Positions 36,918-50,172 of a stretch of DNA of 64,000 bases are shown piece by piece. Positions within the stretch are counted from its first letter, which is position 1, and every line of letters starts with the position of its first letter. Origin of the DNA: Callorhinchus milii. Taxonomy: Eukaryota. The DNA is taken from contig NW_024704743.1 of assembly GCF_018977255.1 (NCBI RefSeq), positions 47,618,001 through 47,682,000 on the forward strand, read 5' to 3'. Made by a program: the position numbers and the translations under genes. Under the pieces are notes generated by a model that saw nothing but the letters and a program-made list of their open reading frames with translations, ran no database searches and was not told the origin of the DNA.

Positions 36918-38010
36918 TCAACAACAATAACAAGATTACATTTGTATAGCGCCTTTCATGTTGGGAGGACGTCCCAAGGTCCTGGACAGTGTACAACATT
37001 TCAGAGCCGAGCAGGGGTCAGGGAGGGGAAGGGAGGGGAGGAGAAGGGGGGGTGGCCGATGCCATGGGTCTTGAGACGGGACTTGAAGGAGGCTAAGGAG
37101 GGGGCGAGGCGGAGTGACTGGGGGTGGAATTTCAGAGGCAGAGTGGCTGAAGGTTCTCCCGCCAACGGTGGGGCAGATGGGTCAGGGGACGTGGAGCAGG
37201 CCGGAGTCAGCTGAGTGGAGGGAGCAGGCGGGTTGGTAGGGGGTGGGGAGGTCGCAGAGGTAGGGTGGGGTGAGGCCATGGAGGGCTTTGTATGTGAGAA
37301 CCATGATTTTGAACTGGATCCTCTGAAGTATAGGGAGCCAATGGAGTCGGGCGAGAGTGGGGGAGATGGGGTCATGGAGTTTGGTTCGGGAGAGGACACG
37401 GGCTGCAGAGTTCTGGATTATCTCCACCCTGTGGAGGGAGGAGTTGGGAAGGCCAACAAGCAGGGAGTTTGCATAGTTGAGCCTGGAGGTGATGAAGGTA
37501 TGAACAAGAGTTTCAGTGGCCTGAGGGGTGAGGGAGTGGCGGAGTCGGGCGATGTTACGGAGGTGAGGGAAGGCAGAGTGGGTCATGGCTTGAATGTGGT
37601 GGAGAAAAGACAGTTGAGGGTTGAACAAGACACCCAGGTTCCTGACTGGCTGGTGAGTTGTAGTGAGCAACCATGGAGGTTGATGCTGCCAGAGCCTGAA
37701 GTGCTGAGGCGCTGGCGCGAGGCAATCGGGAGGGCCTCAGTCTTGTTCACATTCAACTGTAGGAAATTTGCCCTCATCCAGGACTTGATGTCCGACAGAC
37801 AGTCTGTCAGGACAGCAGTGGTCCTGGAGTTGAGGGTGGAGGCAGAAAGATAGAGTTGGGTGTCATCCGCATACATGTGGAAGTTGACCCCATGTCTGCG
37901 GATGATGTCACCGAGGGGGAGCATGTAGGTATTAAAGAGGAGAGGGCCAAGGACAGAGCCGTGGGGGACACCAGACGTGACAGTGCGGGGAATGGAGGAG
38001 AAACCGTTAG
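36918..38010 (-). mobile_element. L2 LINE, 5'-truncated (subfamily a, very similar to 17549-19017)
   Basis: [16 protein letters not shown]...[10 protein letters not shown]...RLHWLPILQRIQFK. Confidence 0.95.
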
Positions 38011-38169
38011 CTTCCACCATTAAGCTGAAGAGGAGGAGCTATGGCAGAACTGTGACTCAATGTTGAGCTGCAGTTTCATGCCATGATACAAGACTATTTC
38101 ATGCAATGCAATGTTACTGGTGTTAACCAAAAATCCTTTGTATAGACATATTCGTTTTGGAAGTTGTCA

Positions 38170-38300
38170 TATTCTGTTGTGAGGTAAAGGTGGTGGCGGA
38201 AGTGGACAATGTTGCAGAGATGGAATAAAGCAGACTTGGTGATAGCCCAGATGAAACCTTTGAAGGAGAGTTGAGGGTCAAACAAAAACAAGGTTTTGCA
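38170..38300 (-). mobile_element. Old L2 fragment
   Basis: LFDPQLSFKGFIWAITKSALFHLCNIVHFRHHL. Confidence 0.7.
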
Positions 38301-38319
38301 CATGCTTCATGAGTTGGAG

Positions 38320-39340
38320 TGAGCGAGCAATTAGGAAAGCTTGTTAATTCAGCGTTTCAAAGTATAAAATCATAGAAATTCTATGATTTAAAACTCGCTT
38401 TCGAGGCTCATTTTTCAGCGAGTGCAGAGTGGAGACTGCAGTGACTGACATGGCCACGTCTTAGGTCCGACCAAGTTAATTGCTGTTACGATTTTTGGTT
38501 TCAAAACTAAATAAACTCCACGAAGAGTAAACTCGTTCAGGAGGGTTAATTGTATATCTTAAGCACTTTTGTTCCTATTTTGTTGGCATACAGACAATGC
38601 CACTGTGTGGGAGCGTATTCGATAGATTGGAGAGGCAATCTCTACTGGGATTCCAAGTGAATGTTGCAGATTGGTAGAGTAAAGCAGGTCTTGAGTTAAG
38701 AATTTCTGTCTTAACTTCTTAGAGTTCTTGTGGAGCACTCATGATCTCATCGATGACGGATGATCAAGTCTTTCTAAAGTGGCAGATGATGAACTGTGGT
38801 GTGCAGCAGCCCAGCATCGTTCAGCTAAGTGATCTTAATGGATTAGGCTGAACAGAGGCCAGGAGGAAAAACTTATTTCCTTTGTAGTCTGGCAAGCAGC
38901 ATTCTAAAGCAGTCCATCGTTGGCTGAAAGTTTCCTGATGTTGCCAACTGAGACAAAAGTAGCAGAGAATTTACACTTGCCATCTTTTCAGGCCTCTTCA
39001 GCACATGCTTTGACCTATGTGTTGTGTTGAAGTAATTATCAAGATGAGGAGCTGGATGTCTATAACAGAAGAGTACTTGCACCCTTTTAGAAAACGAGGA
39101 AACAGAACATTATGTACCATTTTTCAATCCAGTATCCAATATAGCCTTTTGCTGAATGCTTATTTTCAGTCTGGGTTTTGCTGTATTGAGGATGGAGTTT
39201 GTTAATAATTGGAACCATTAATGATTGGAATGGGTGGTCAGACCAGAACCCTGGATTCATTTTAGAAACAGTTTATGTTTATTGGGACAGATGGTAGGAT
39301 AGGTATTCTGGAGGGATGAGATTAAACAGCTCAAAGAGGG
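38320..39340 (+). mobile_element. Possible very decayed CR1 5' UTR and ORF1
   Basis: cttgagttaagaatttctgtctta (LELRISVL, resembling the CR1 ORF1 coiled coil) and tattgggacagatgg...tggagggatgagatt (resembling the ORF1 esterase WGR..Y..DGLH region); weak. Confidence 0.35.
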
Positions 39341-40882
39341 GTTATTACTCTCGAATATTACTCTTGATTGCATCCATTAGTTACTGATGAAGTCTGGGGC
39401 CACCTACATTTCTATTTGGTTTCCTAGTACAAGTTTTGAGTTAGGCTCATTTACAAAGATCCAATATTTACGTCTTTAGGCAGTTTACACAATTCTGTTC
39501 AATTTGCCACCACACGAATGCCAACTGAGTTGCCATACACTTTTGAATGCTTAGAAAACTGAAAGAGCAACTGCTCTGACTTAAAGCAATGGAATATTTG
39601 GTTAATTTCTGAACCAGGCAATTTAGAGTTTTGAAAGTTGTTGGTTGGTATGCAGTTGACCTTTAGCAGGATATTAAAACATGCAATAGATACATAGAAA
39701 ATAAAGAGAGAAAAAGCCTCTTTGTTTGGAAACTAACCTTTCTAATTACCATTTTCAGGCAATGCTCCATGAAGCTTGGCAAAACAAATTCTAATTTGAT
39801 CCAACTATAAATCCTTAATATAAGTAGAAACTAACAGCACAAGAAAATATGAAAGATCATTCCTTTCACAAACTATGCACAATGTACAGTACTTGGCTTC
39901 TACCCACTTCTTTTTGCTTTTTAGCATTTTATAGACCTGTATCACAGTAGTTTAAAAAACACATTACAGAACTACTATACAGAATTCTAGTGATTTAAAC
40001 TGAGCATAGTAAGTGTACATTACCGACTATAAATCCATACTTCATTCCTTCTTTTCACCCCCGTTTGAGTTTTGATAATTGAGTTTGAGAAATTACCCTT
40101 TTTTTAACATAGACAGTTTGAAACCTCTGAATAAAGTCAATCTCAAATTTACAATGTCAAAACAGTATCCTTTGGAATCTTTTAATCCTAAATATGGATA
40201 TAGACAAAAGCGAATTAATAGGGTAAAAACGCTTAGTGGGTTTCTTTTATTCGGGTTCTTTAAATTGCAGACCTCCTGCTGCTATAAATGCTAACAGGCT
40301 CCATTGCAGAGTTTCTGGCTGTGCTAAGATATGGCAGCCATTACCCTGCCTGTATTCCTCAACTACTCAATTTTTTCATAGTCACTTGCCTTAACCCTGG
40401 TCATCGATTTTGCTCCCATTTGTTATAAGCAGTAAAATATTTTTTTCCTCAACTCTGCACATGGACCTTCTGCAGGCTTGCCATGCTAACTTAGTTTGAC
40501 TTGAAGTAGAAGAGGGACATTATTTTGTGCTTAGGTAGAATGAGCATGTGTGTGTGGAATCAAAATCAGTGTGTACTATTGTCTGTTGTAGGAAAATACC
40601 TTTGCTTTTCCTTGTTTCAGTGAATTTTGGGTACATAATACTGTAACTGCATGTTGCTTGTCGTCTGAGCTTTGCACAAGAGGTTGCTTTATAAAGGACA
40701 TTTGTGTACTTAAAAAATTCTAGAATTGTTAATTAACAGGCGAACTACAAATATAGGATTTATGTAACATAAAATAACAGTAAATTCTGCATATTAGGAA
40801 TTATAACAGTAATATAAGCAACTATATGTGACATCTATTGGGTGTAAAGCACCATTATTTACAGTTGATCTGAGTTCTAATG

Positions 40883-41960
40883 TAACAACAACAACAACAA
40901 CTTGGATTTATATAGTGCCCTCCACGCCGGGCAGTGTCTCAAAACGCTTCACAGTAACAGATCCCGGGGCCAAGCCAGGGGGAGGGAGAGGAAGGTGACC
41001 AAAGGCGCAGTCGAAAAGGAAGGTCTTCAGCCGAGACCTGAAAATAGGAAGAGAGGAGGCAAGGCGAAGGGAATGAGGAAGGGAGTTCCAGACCAGAGCC
41101 TCGGGGGCATAGTGGCTGAAAGTACGGCCGCCGAGGGTGGAGCGGAGAACTCGGGGGACAAGGAGGAGGCCAGACCCAGTGGAACAAAGAAACGGGCACT
41201 GTTGTGAGGAGAGAGGAGATCAGAGAGGTAGAGGGGGTGCAGAGGAGTCCAGGGATTTGAAGACAAGGGTGAGGATCTTGAAGTTGATCCTCTCTGGGAC
41301 AGGCAGCCGGTGCAGTCTGGCAAGTACTGGGGTAATTGGGGAACGGAGTTCGGTGCGGGTACGAATGCGGGCGGCAGAGTTTTGGATGACCTGGATTTTA
41401 TGGATGGTAGTGGAGGGGAGACCGGCGAGGAGGGCATTTGAATAGTGCAGCCGAGAGCTGACAAAGGCATGGACCGGGGTTTCAGTGGCTTTTGGAGTGA
41501 GGTATTGGCGGAGACAGACGATGCGTCGTAGGTGGAAGAAAGCGGTGCTGGTGAGGGACCGGATGTGGGGGAGGAAGGATAATTGGGGGTCGAACCTGAC
41601 GCCAGGTTCGGAGAGTTTTAGTGGGAGGTCGGGTAGGTGGAAGAGGTGAGAGCCGTGTGATTTTAGACGTTGACAAGAGCCAAAGATTATGGCTTCCGTC
41701 TTGTCAACGTTCAGCTGAAGGAAATTTGCGCTCATCCAGCTCCTGAGATCTGACAGGCAGGCTGACAGAACATCAGGGGCCTGGGGGTCGCAAAGTGAGG
41801 CGGAAAAATAGAGTTGGGTGTCGTCCGCATACATGTGGAAATGCACCCCATGTTTGCGGATGACATCCCCAAGAGGGAGCATATAGATCAGAAAGAGGAG
41901 GGGGCCAAGGATAGATCCTTGGGGAACCCCGCAGGTAACCGGATGAGAGCGGGAGAGGAG
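40883..41960 (-). mobile_element. L2 LINE, 5'-truncated (subfamily b)
   Basis: ORF 41220..41999 [16 protein letters not shown]...[11 protein letters not shown]...RINFKIL; (GTT)n tail. Confidence 0.95.
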
Positions 41961-43358
41961 AAGCCGTTTGTGCAGATGTACTGCTGGCGCTAGAAGCAAG
42001 TTATTAGGGTAGTGGGCAAATAAACTTTCCGCACTTGGGTTTTCAGCCTTTCTGACCCCACTTTCTACAACTCCATCCCAGAGTCCCTCTGACTCATTCC
42101 CTCCCTCACATTGTTAAAGGTCTGTGTCTAGGCACGGTAGTCTTTCCTCTCCTTACCCACCTTGGCTCCTATCCTCAGCTCGAGTAGTCAGCCAGTACTG
42201 CAAAGTGCATTGGGAGGGGTGGGGTGAGGGGAGATGGAGAAGTCCTGTGACCCGGAAAAGGAAACAATCGCTATAAGAACATTTTGGGGGTATAAGTAAC
42301 CAAAGAATATGTCTTATTTGTTGTGACTCTTGAATTTTAACATATATATCCACAATGACAATAGGAGGAGGTCAGGCTGATTGATGCCTTTTGATGGGAA
42401 TCTAATGGCAAATGTTGAAAGAGAGAAGATTAATTGATTGGCCCATTCCTAGAACCAAGATTGGATCCAGAGGGAGCCCTAAAAGACAATAAAGAGAACA
42501 AGAAAATTACCATTCTAGTAATGGACTCAATCCTTTATTACGTTTACCCAATAGTACCAAACTTAACAAATTTCTCTAACCATTCCATAGCTTCACAGTA
42601 TTCTGAAATCTGTTGCCCCCACTTTAGATGTGCCAAGTTGTCGAACGACTACAGTGCAATATTTTAAACTGACCCTCTCAAAATCATCGTAAACTAGTTC
42701 ATGTTTATCTTATTAATTATTCGTCTGTAATCTTTCGGGCTAGATCAATCCATCTCATTTCCTGAATATGGCAGTATGCTCCTGTTCATCAGTTAGAATG
42801 GAATAATAGAAATAAATTAATTTATCTTCAGAGATGTAAACAAAAATAATTTCTCTATGGAAAGATATATGGGAAAGGAAGTAACAAATCTGAAAGTCTT
42901 GAAAACAAACAGTCCCCTCAAAAGCAAGTGACCTCTATAAGGAAACATATAGTTGCTAATTCTCCCTAAGGAAAAAGTTGGCATTGGAATACAAGTCCTT
43001 TATTATACAATCTCAGAAATGTAGATACTGTTAGATATGTTCACGGTGGGATGAGTTAGGGGGAGAAAGAGGGAGAATTTCTATGTACTGAAAGCCAGTG
43101 GTGGTCCATTTAAAGGGACATTAATATTAGACTGCTTAAGATGTTAGGTGAGACAAAAGTAAGATTTCTATTTTAGCATAAATAATCTTGTACCTTATCC
43201 ATTGCGTATATTTGTTTCCAAGACCCGAGGAAGGTTTGGATTTGATGGCATAAGAAATAAATCAAAATATGAAATCCTGTATGTCAGAATGCAAATATAG
43301 AGAGATGTCCTCATGACTTGAAAGCCTCCATATAAAAATTGTAATCAGAGTGATAATG

Positions 43359-43745
43359 TGTGTCAGCTTGGCTCTCACCTGAGTCAGAAGGTTGGGGGCC
43401 TAAGCTGAGACTCAAGTGAAGTGCTCGGGATGTGTTGTATGGTTGGGGATGCCATCCTTTGGATGAGACGTTAAACCGAGGTTCTATCTGCTTGTTTAGG
43501 TGGACACTAAAGATCCATGGCACTATTTGAAAAAAGACATAAGTTTCTTACCAAATCCTGGCCAACAATCCCCAAATAAAATTGGTCACTTGTTCCATGA
43601 TAATTTGTGGGACATTGCTGTGCGTAATTGTTCTGCCGTGTTTGCCTACAAATACATGATCCTTCCATTTCAAAGTAATTCCTGTGAAGCGATTTGAGAC
43701 ATCCTTCCGATAAGGCGCTATACCAAATACAAGGATTATTATTAT
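43359..43745 (+). mobile_element. Deu-domain SINE
   Basis: cctttggatgagacgttaaaccgaggttctatctgcttgtttaggtggacactaaagatccatggcactatttg...cctggccaacaatcccc; (ATT)n tail. Confidence 0.88.
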
Positions 43746-43924
43746 AAAGATGAAACAGTAAAATCTGGTTCCTCTTAAGAAAGGAAAGAAACTAAAATTC
43801 TGACCAATGATGATCAGACTTTGCTAATGATTGGAGAAAGAAGAAAAATAATCTTGATATTTTTCTGAACCATATTCCAACTTCTCTGACAAATCTCCAT
43901 TGAACTTTTTCAGCATCTAATGAG

Positions 43925-44102
43925 CATTTGGTCACTTGATCCATGACTGTTTGTGGGACACTACTGTGCGCAAATGCCTGCTGCGTTTCACTCGCAGTAT
44001 ACAATCAATACTCTTTACAATATATCCTGTGAAGAGCCTTGAGACATGTCAATAACGTGATAAGGCACTATATCAAATGCAAGGATTATTTATTTTATTA
44101 TA
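43925..44102 (+). mobile_element. SINE 3' tail
   Basis: ggtcacttgatccatgactgtttgtgggacact...gcactatatcaaatgcaaggattatt. Confidence 0.8.
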
Positions 44103-44927
44103 GTACCATTGACCATAAGTGCATTGTTGCGCTACATTCACCAGAATTTTAGAATCAAAGTTAAGACCAGAGAACAATCTGTAGGAAGCACTTTTCTTAC
44201 CAATGTATACGGAACAGACTCAGTGGTAAGTATCTGGCAAATTACATTAACAAGTAACAGTATCTGATGATGTTTTTATATAAATATTGCAAGGATCTGG
44301 TGACTTTTTTGCTTGCAATTTATCATTTGCTTGATTTCTCAAAGAGAGAACAGTTCAGACATTGAACCTTTTTGTTATTCAGTACATTGAGCAACAGTGT
44401 ACTTGAGTCATAATATTTGCTATAAAGTTGCAGATACTGAATAATAATGCTATACAGTACAGCTTCTGGAAGTTTTGGTTGGCCTCACCAAGTTTCTTTA
44501 CGAGCACACCATTTCAATTATGAACCATCAAAATAGCTTCAATGTCCTGTTTCTTACTCAAGTAAAAGCTTGGCACTTGTTAGATGTATTGCCATGTTCT
44601 TAATAAGCATTGGTAAATTGCATGAAGTACTCAGTACTTGAAGCAAGAAGGAAGCTGAGCTTCAAGCAGGTTTGCTATAGAACAGCCTTGTTCTCAGAAA
44701 TGCCAATCAACTTGTGAAACAATTTCTTCACAATGCTTTGGGTTGGCAATACTTCTTAATAAATAATATCTCCCACATACTTTTTGGAATTTCATAAAGT
44801 AAGATATGGGAGATTGCTGGAGAATTAAGTTTAGTCTCCCAACACAATACCAGTCACTCTCGAAGACTAATGAGAAAATCGTAATCATCAAAGAGGAATA
44901 TTCAATTGCCAATTCTTTCCAGACTTA

Positions 44928-45243
44928 TATAAGAACATAAGAAATGCTGGACAAAAAAAGTCCAAGGTCCACCCACTTTGCCTTTCACCTTCCTGGCGGC
45001 CGCGTGCACATATATCCCAAGCTACCTATGTGTTATATCCCATAATGTTATTTCCTAAAATACTATCTAATCTGTGTTTGAAAGAATCAACACTTCCTGC
45101 TTCAACCATCTCCCGAGGGAGCCTGTTCCACAGGTTCACTAATCGCTCACTGAAATTGTGTTTGCATAGATTTGTTCTGAATTTACCCTGCTTCAATCGC
45201 AGGCTGTGTCCTCTGGTTTTACTATTTTGCACCTGCACCATTT
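44928..45243 (-). mobile_element. CR1 LINE 3' end (same subfamily as 19454-19772)
   Basis: NSKTRGHSLRLKQGKFRTNLCKHNFSERLVNLWNRLP; tail ataagaacataaga. Confidence 0.9.
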
Positions 45244-45299
45244 CTATAACTTTGCAATGATGTCTAAGATTTGTTGCTGTCTTAATATATAGATTAGGA

Positions 45300-48295
45300 A
45301 AACAAAGTTACAATTAAAATTAGGACCGATGAAAGTGTGAAAGCAGATTAACCAGGGAGATGAGCAAAGGGTGTCAAACGGGGAAAGGAAGCCCAGGGAT
45401 AGGGTACTGGTGAATAGGACTAATAGCCTGAAGTCAGAATTAAGGACGCTATATCTGAATGTGTGAAGCATTCGAAACAAGATAGATGAATTAACTGCAC
45501 AAATAGAAACAAACGGGTATAATCTAGTAGCCATCACCGAGACATAGTTACAGGGAGATCAAGGGTGGGAGCTAAATATTCCAGGGCACGTGGTGTATAG
45601 AAAAGATAGGCAATGTGGTAAACGAGGATGGGGGGGTGGCCCTGCTAATAAAGGGTGGGATTAAACACAGTAGAGAGGAAAGATTTTAAATCAGAAAAGC
45701 AGGAAGTAGAGTCAGTATGGGTAGAGGTATGTAACAACAAGGGGCAGAAAACTCTAGTGGGAGTAGTTTACAGACCCCCGAACAGCAGTCACAGTATCTC
45801 TCAAGGTATAAATCAGGAAATTAGCAATGCATGCAGTAAAGGAAAAACATTAATTGTGGGTGATTTTAATCTGCACATAGATTGGGACAACCAAAATGGG
45901 AAAAATATGATAGAGGAAGAGTTTATAGAATGTATTAGGGATAATTATCCTGATCAGTATGCTGAGGAGCCAACCAGGGAACAGGCCATATTAGACCTTG
46001 TTTTGTGCAATGAAGCAGGGCTGATCAGCAAATTGGAAATTAAGGCTCCTCTAGGGCAAAATGATCATAATATGATAGAATTTAGCATTAAGTTAGAGAG
46101 AAAAATAGTTAAGTCCGAAGCAAAGGTTTCAAATTTAAGTAGAGCCAATTTTGCTGGTATGAGAGAGGATTTAGCCAAAATAAACTGGGAAATTAGACTT
46201 GAGAATTTGACAGTAGACCAGCAATGGCAGACGTTTAAGGAAATAGTGCAAAATTCTTAGCGAGCACGTATTCCTTTGAGGAATAAGAATGCCACAGGAA
46301 AGGTGGCCCAACCGTGGCTAACTAGAGCAGTTAGGGAAAGTATAAAGTTAAAGGAAGAAGCCTATAAAACAGCTAAGATGAGTAGTAAACCCGAGGATTG
46401 GGAGAACTCTAGGGATCAACAAAGGAGAACCAAAAAAGTGATTAAGAGGGAGAAAATGGAATATGAGCGCAAACTAGCGAGGAACATAAAGACATAAAGA
46501 CAGACTGCAAGAGTTTTTATAAATATATAAAGAGGAAGAGAGCTGTCAAAGGTAAATGTGGGTCCACTACAGGCAGAGACGGGGGGAATTATAGTAGAGG
46601 ACAAAGACATGGCAGAGTTATTAAACAAGTACTTTGCTACTGTCTTCACCTTAGAAGACACTGAAAACCTACCAAGAATAGAGGGGAACCAAGAAGACAA
46701 TGTTAGTGAGCAACTTGGAGGAATTAATATTAGTAAAGATATGGTTTTAGGTAAATTATCAGGTCTTAAAACTGATAAATCTCCTGGACCTGATGGCCTA
46801 CATCCTAGGGTTTTGAAAGAGGTGGCTATTGAGATAGTGTATGGCGTGTCTTTGATCTTCCAAAATTCTCTGGATTCTGGAACGGTTCCCATTGATTGGA
46901 AGATTGCAAACAACACCACTATTTTAAGAAGGGTGGGAGAGAAAAGATGGGGAACCGTAGACCAATTAGTCTGACTTCAGTGGTAGGAAAAATTCTTGAG
47001 TCTTAAATGCTTAACTAATCTTTTAGAGTTTTTTGAAGATGTATCTAGCAGGTTAGATAGGGGGGATCCAGTAGATGTAGTATATTTAGATTTTAAAAAG
47101 GCATTTGACAAAGTGCCACACAAAAGGCTATTGCACAAGGTTAAGGCCCACAGGATTAATGGGAACATATTAGTATGGATTGAAGAGTCGCTAACGGGTA
47201 GAAAACAGAGAGTAGGGATAAATGGGGCATTCTCAAATTGGAAGGATGTGACTAGTGGAGTGCCACAAGGATCAGTGCTTGGGCCTCAGCTTTTTACAAT
47301 TTACATCAATGATCTAGACGAGGACATTGAATGTAACGTATCTAAATTCGCGGATAACACTAAACTAGGTGGGAGAGTAAGCTCTGAGGATGATGCAAAA
47401 AGATTGCAACGGGATATAGATAGGCTAGGGGAGTGGGCAAGTAAGTGGCAGATGGAATTTAATGTGGGGAAGTGTGAAGTTATTCACCTTGGTAGAAAAA
47501 ATAGAAAAACAGATTATTTTCTAGAGGGGGAGAGATTAGATAGTGTTAGTGTGCAGAGGGATTTGGGTGTCCTTGTACACCAGTCTCAAAAAGTTAATTT
47601 GCAGGTACAGTAAGCAACTAAGAAGGTGAACGGCATGTTAGCGTTCATTGCAAAAGGTTTAGAGTACAAGAGTAGGGAATCTTGCTGCAACAGTATAGGG
47701 CCTTGGTGAGACCGCACCTAGAGTATTGTGTGCAGTTTTGGTCTCCTTATTTAAAAAAGGACATACTTGCCCTGGAGGGGGTGCAGTGTAGATTCACTCG
47801 GTTAGTTCCTGGGATGAGGGGACTGACCTATGAGGATAGGCTGAATAAACTAGGGCTGTATTCTCTAGAGTACAGAAGAATTAGGGGAGATCTAATTCTT
47901 AGATTAAGAATCTAAGAATTCTTAAGATTCTTACAGGGCTGGATAAAGTAGACACTGAGGGTCTGTTTCCCCTGGTAGGAGAATCTATAACCAGGGGTCA
48001 CAGTCTTAAAATTAAGGGTCAGCCTTTTAGAACAGAGTTGAGGAAACATTTCATCACTCAGAGGGTAGTGAATTTATGGAATTCACTACCCCAGAAGGCT
48101 GTAGATGCTCAGTCCTTGAACTTCTTCAAGGCTGAGACTGATAGATGTTTAAGAAACAGAGGGATTAGGGGATATGGGGATAGGGCAGGTAATCAGAGTT
48201 AGGTCTGAAGATCAGCCATGATCTTATCAAATGGCGGGGCAGGCTCGGGGGGCCGAATGGTCTACTCCTGCTCCTAATTCTTATGTTCTTATGTT
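45300..48295 (+). mobile_element. CR1 LINE, near-complete but disabled ORF2 (apurinic endonuclease plus reverse transcriptase) and 3' UTR
   Basis: LYLN..SIRNK..EL, VAITET, GVVYRPP, GDFN, DHN (endonuclease); [38 protein letters not shown] (RT); multiple stops and frameshifts; tail ttcttatgttcttatgtt. Confidence 0.97.
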
Positions 48296-48624
48296 AAAGT
48301 TAAAATAACATATCTTACAAGGTAGTTCAGTGTATTGGGTAGATACTTATAACATCTGGCCAGGAAGATCTTAAAATCTGAGCATCAAAAGTGGGAATAA
48401 GATAAAAAGGAGGGAAAGCACAAAGTAGAATCATTTACGACTAGTATAAAGAGGATGGAGCATTGTCTGGTGCAGTCAGTTTAATTCTTAGACCATGCAA
48501 GTACAGCTTTACAGTAAATCACTTGACATCACTTTGTCATCATAGGCCTGCAGATCAGATAATTTGAATTTGAAAGCAGTTTTCCAGTTGAGTGATTTAA
48601 AGTACGATCTGAAATTTTAAGACA

Positions 48625-48975
48625 AAATAATAATCATCCTTGTAATCTATATAGAGCCCTATCATGTTGTCAGCATCTCAAAAGCATTTCACAGGGTTTA
48701 TTGTAAAATGTAGTGACTGTATTTGTAGGTGAATGTGATATCCAATTTGTGCACAGCAGTGTCCCACAAACAACCTTGAAGTGAATGACCAATTTTAGGG
48801 GGAGGATTATTGGCTGGGTCAAAGGGAGAATCTCTCTTCCCCTTTTGAATAGTGTGATGGAATTTTTACAATTCGTCTGAACAGACAAACCAGGTCCTCA
48901 GTTTATTGTCTCACATGAAGCATGCCACCTCCAACTATGCAGTCCTCACCAGCATTACATTGAATTGTCAGCCAG
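48625..48975 (-). mobile_element. Deu-domain SINE lacking most of its head
   Basis: Shared tail plus minus strand gttggaggtggcatgcttcatgtgagacaataaactgagg. Confidence 0.75.
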
Positions 48976-49844
48976 AATTAATGGGCCCAGAATTTCACCT
49001 AGTTTCAGCCGACTAGACAAAATTTTATTTTTGTTAAGAGTTTTTAATATGTGGAAATAAAGCCTTGTCAAGTGAAATTTGCACATGATGGAGATTATCA
49101 AATGGACTCAACAATTCAGCGCAAGGCATAAAATTATGGACTGAGATCTATAGTGCCAAATGAGAAATCAATAATGAACAAGTGAATATTTAATGATTTA
49201 GGTCCTTACGTGCACATGCAAGTGTTTTTGTTTCAGTGATTCACTATCAAATATAAACTGGTAATTCTTCACTGCAAAACTTAACATTCTTTTAAGGTCC
49301 TTCAATATAGAGCCCATCAGTACCATTATAACTATTGAAGTACAATTTCAAAGTCATTGAAATATTCACAAGGAAAACCACTACCCATTATATATTATAA
49401 ATAACAATTCCCTGTCAATGAATTACAAGACATTAATCGAATCTCTGATTTCAAACGTGAAGCATAAAACGTTCAAGCCTTCACACTTGACATTTGCATC
49501 TTCTAAACCATTCCATTGGATTCCTATGTTTTATTCATTTGTAGGTATTTAGAATTCTTTCTGTTTATGTACATATTTTTTCACAACACAAATATGCTAA
49601 GTTCCCACTTTATAAATAAGACATCTTCAGCGGTATTGTTCAGCCTGAATAGTTGGAATAACTTCTGGGACCCAGTGGATACTATCAAATGTTTAGGCTT
49701 AGTGTTTAGGTCAATATTCTGTATAATTTAAAAAGGAAAAACATGTACAATCTACATTAAAGTTGGACACATTCTGTGTGATATCTTGAATTTGATTGTT
49801 AACTCCTATTGCATAAGACTTCATGCCTTGTTTTTTAACAGATT

Positions 49845-50172
49845 ATCAGAAGGTTATGGATTCAAACCCCACTTTGGGCCTTTGAACTCATTGTCGAGGT
49901 GATGTCCTTCCAATGAGATGATAAATTGAGGGCCCATTTGCCTATTTAGGTGTAATTTAAACGATCCCTTGTCATTCTTCGAACAAAGAGGGGAGTTTCT
50001 TCCAGTGTCCTCCAGATCCATCAAAGAGAAAATAAATGGTTATTCATTTAATGTCTGACATTGCTCCCTGCAATTTGTCTCCCATGATTACCTACAAATG
50101 CACAGTTACTACACTATATGGAAAACTTTTGAAGTGATAAAGCAGTACATCAAATGCATGGATTATAATTAT
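49845..50172 (+). mobile_element. Decayed Deu-domain SINE
   Basis: tcagaaggttatggattcaaacccc...atgagatgataaattgagggccc...ccagtgtcct...aaatgcatggattataatt. Confidence 0.7.

Noticed and set aside
41220..41999. 259-aa RT-like ORF as an active L2
   Set aside because: 5'-truncated, lacks the endonuclease and N-terminal RT, frameshifted downstream
45655..47915. Functional or domesticated RT/endonuclease gene
   Set aside because: Broken by stops, frameshifts, a deletion and an FADN catalytic change
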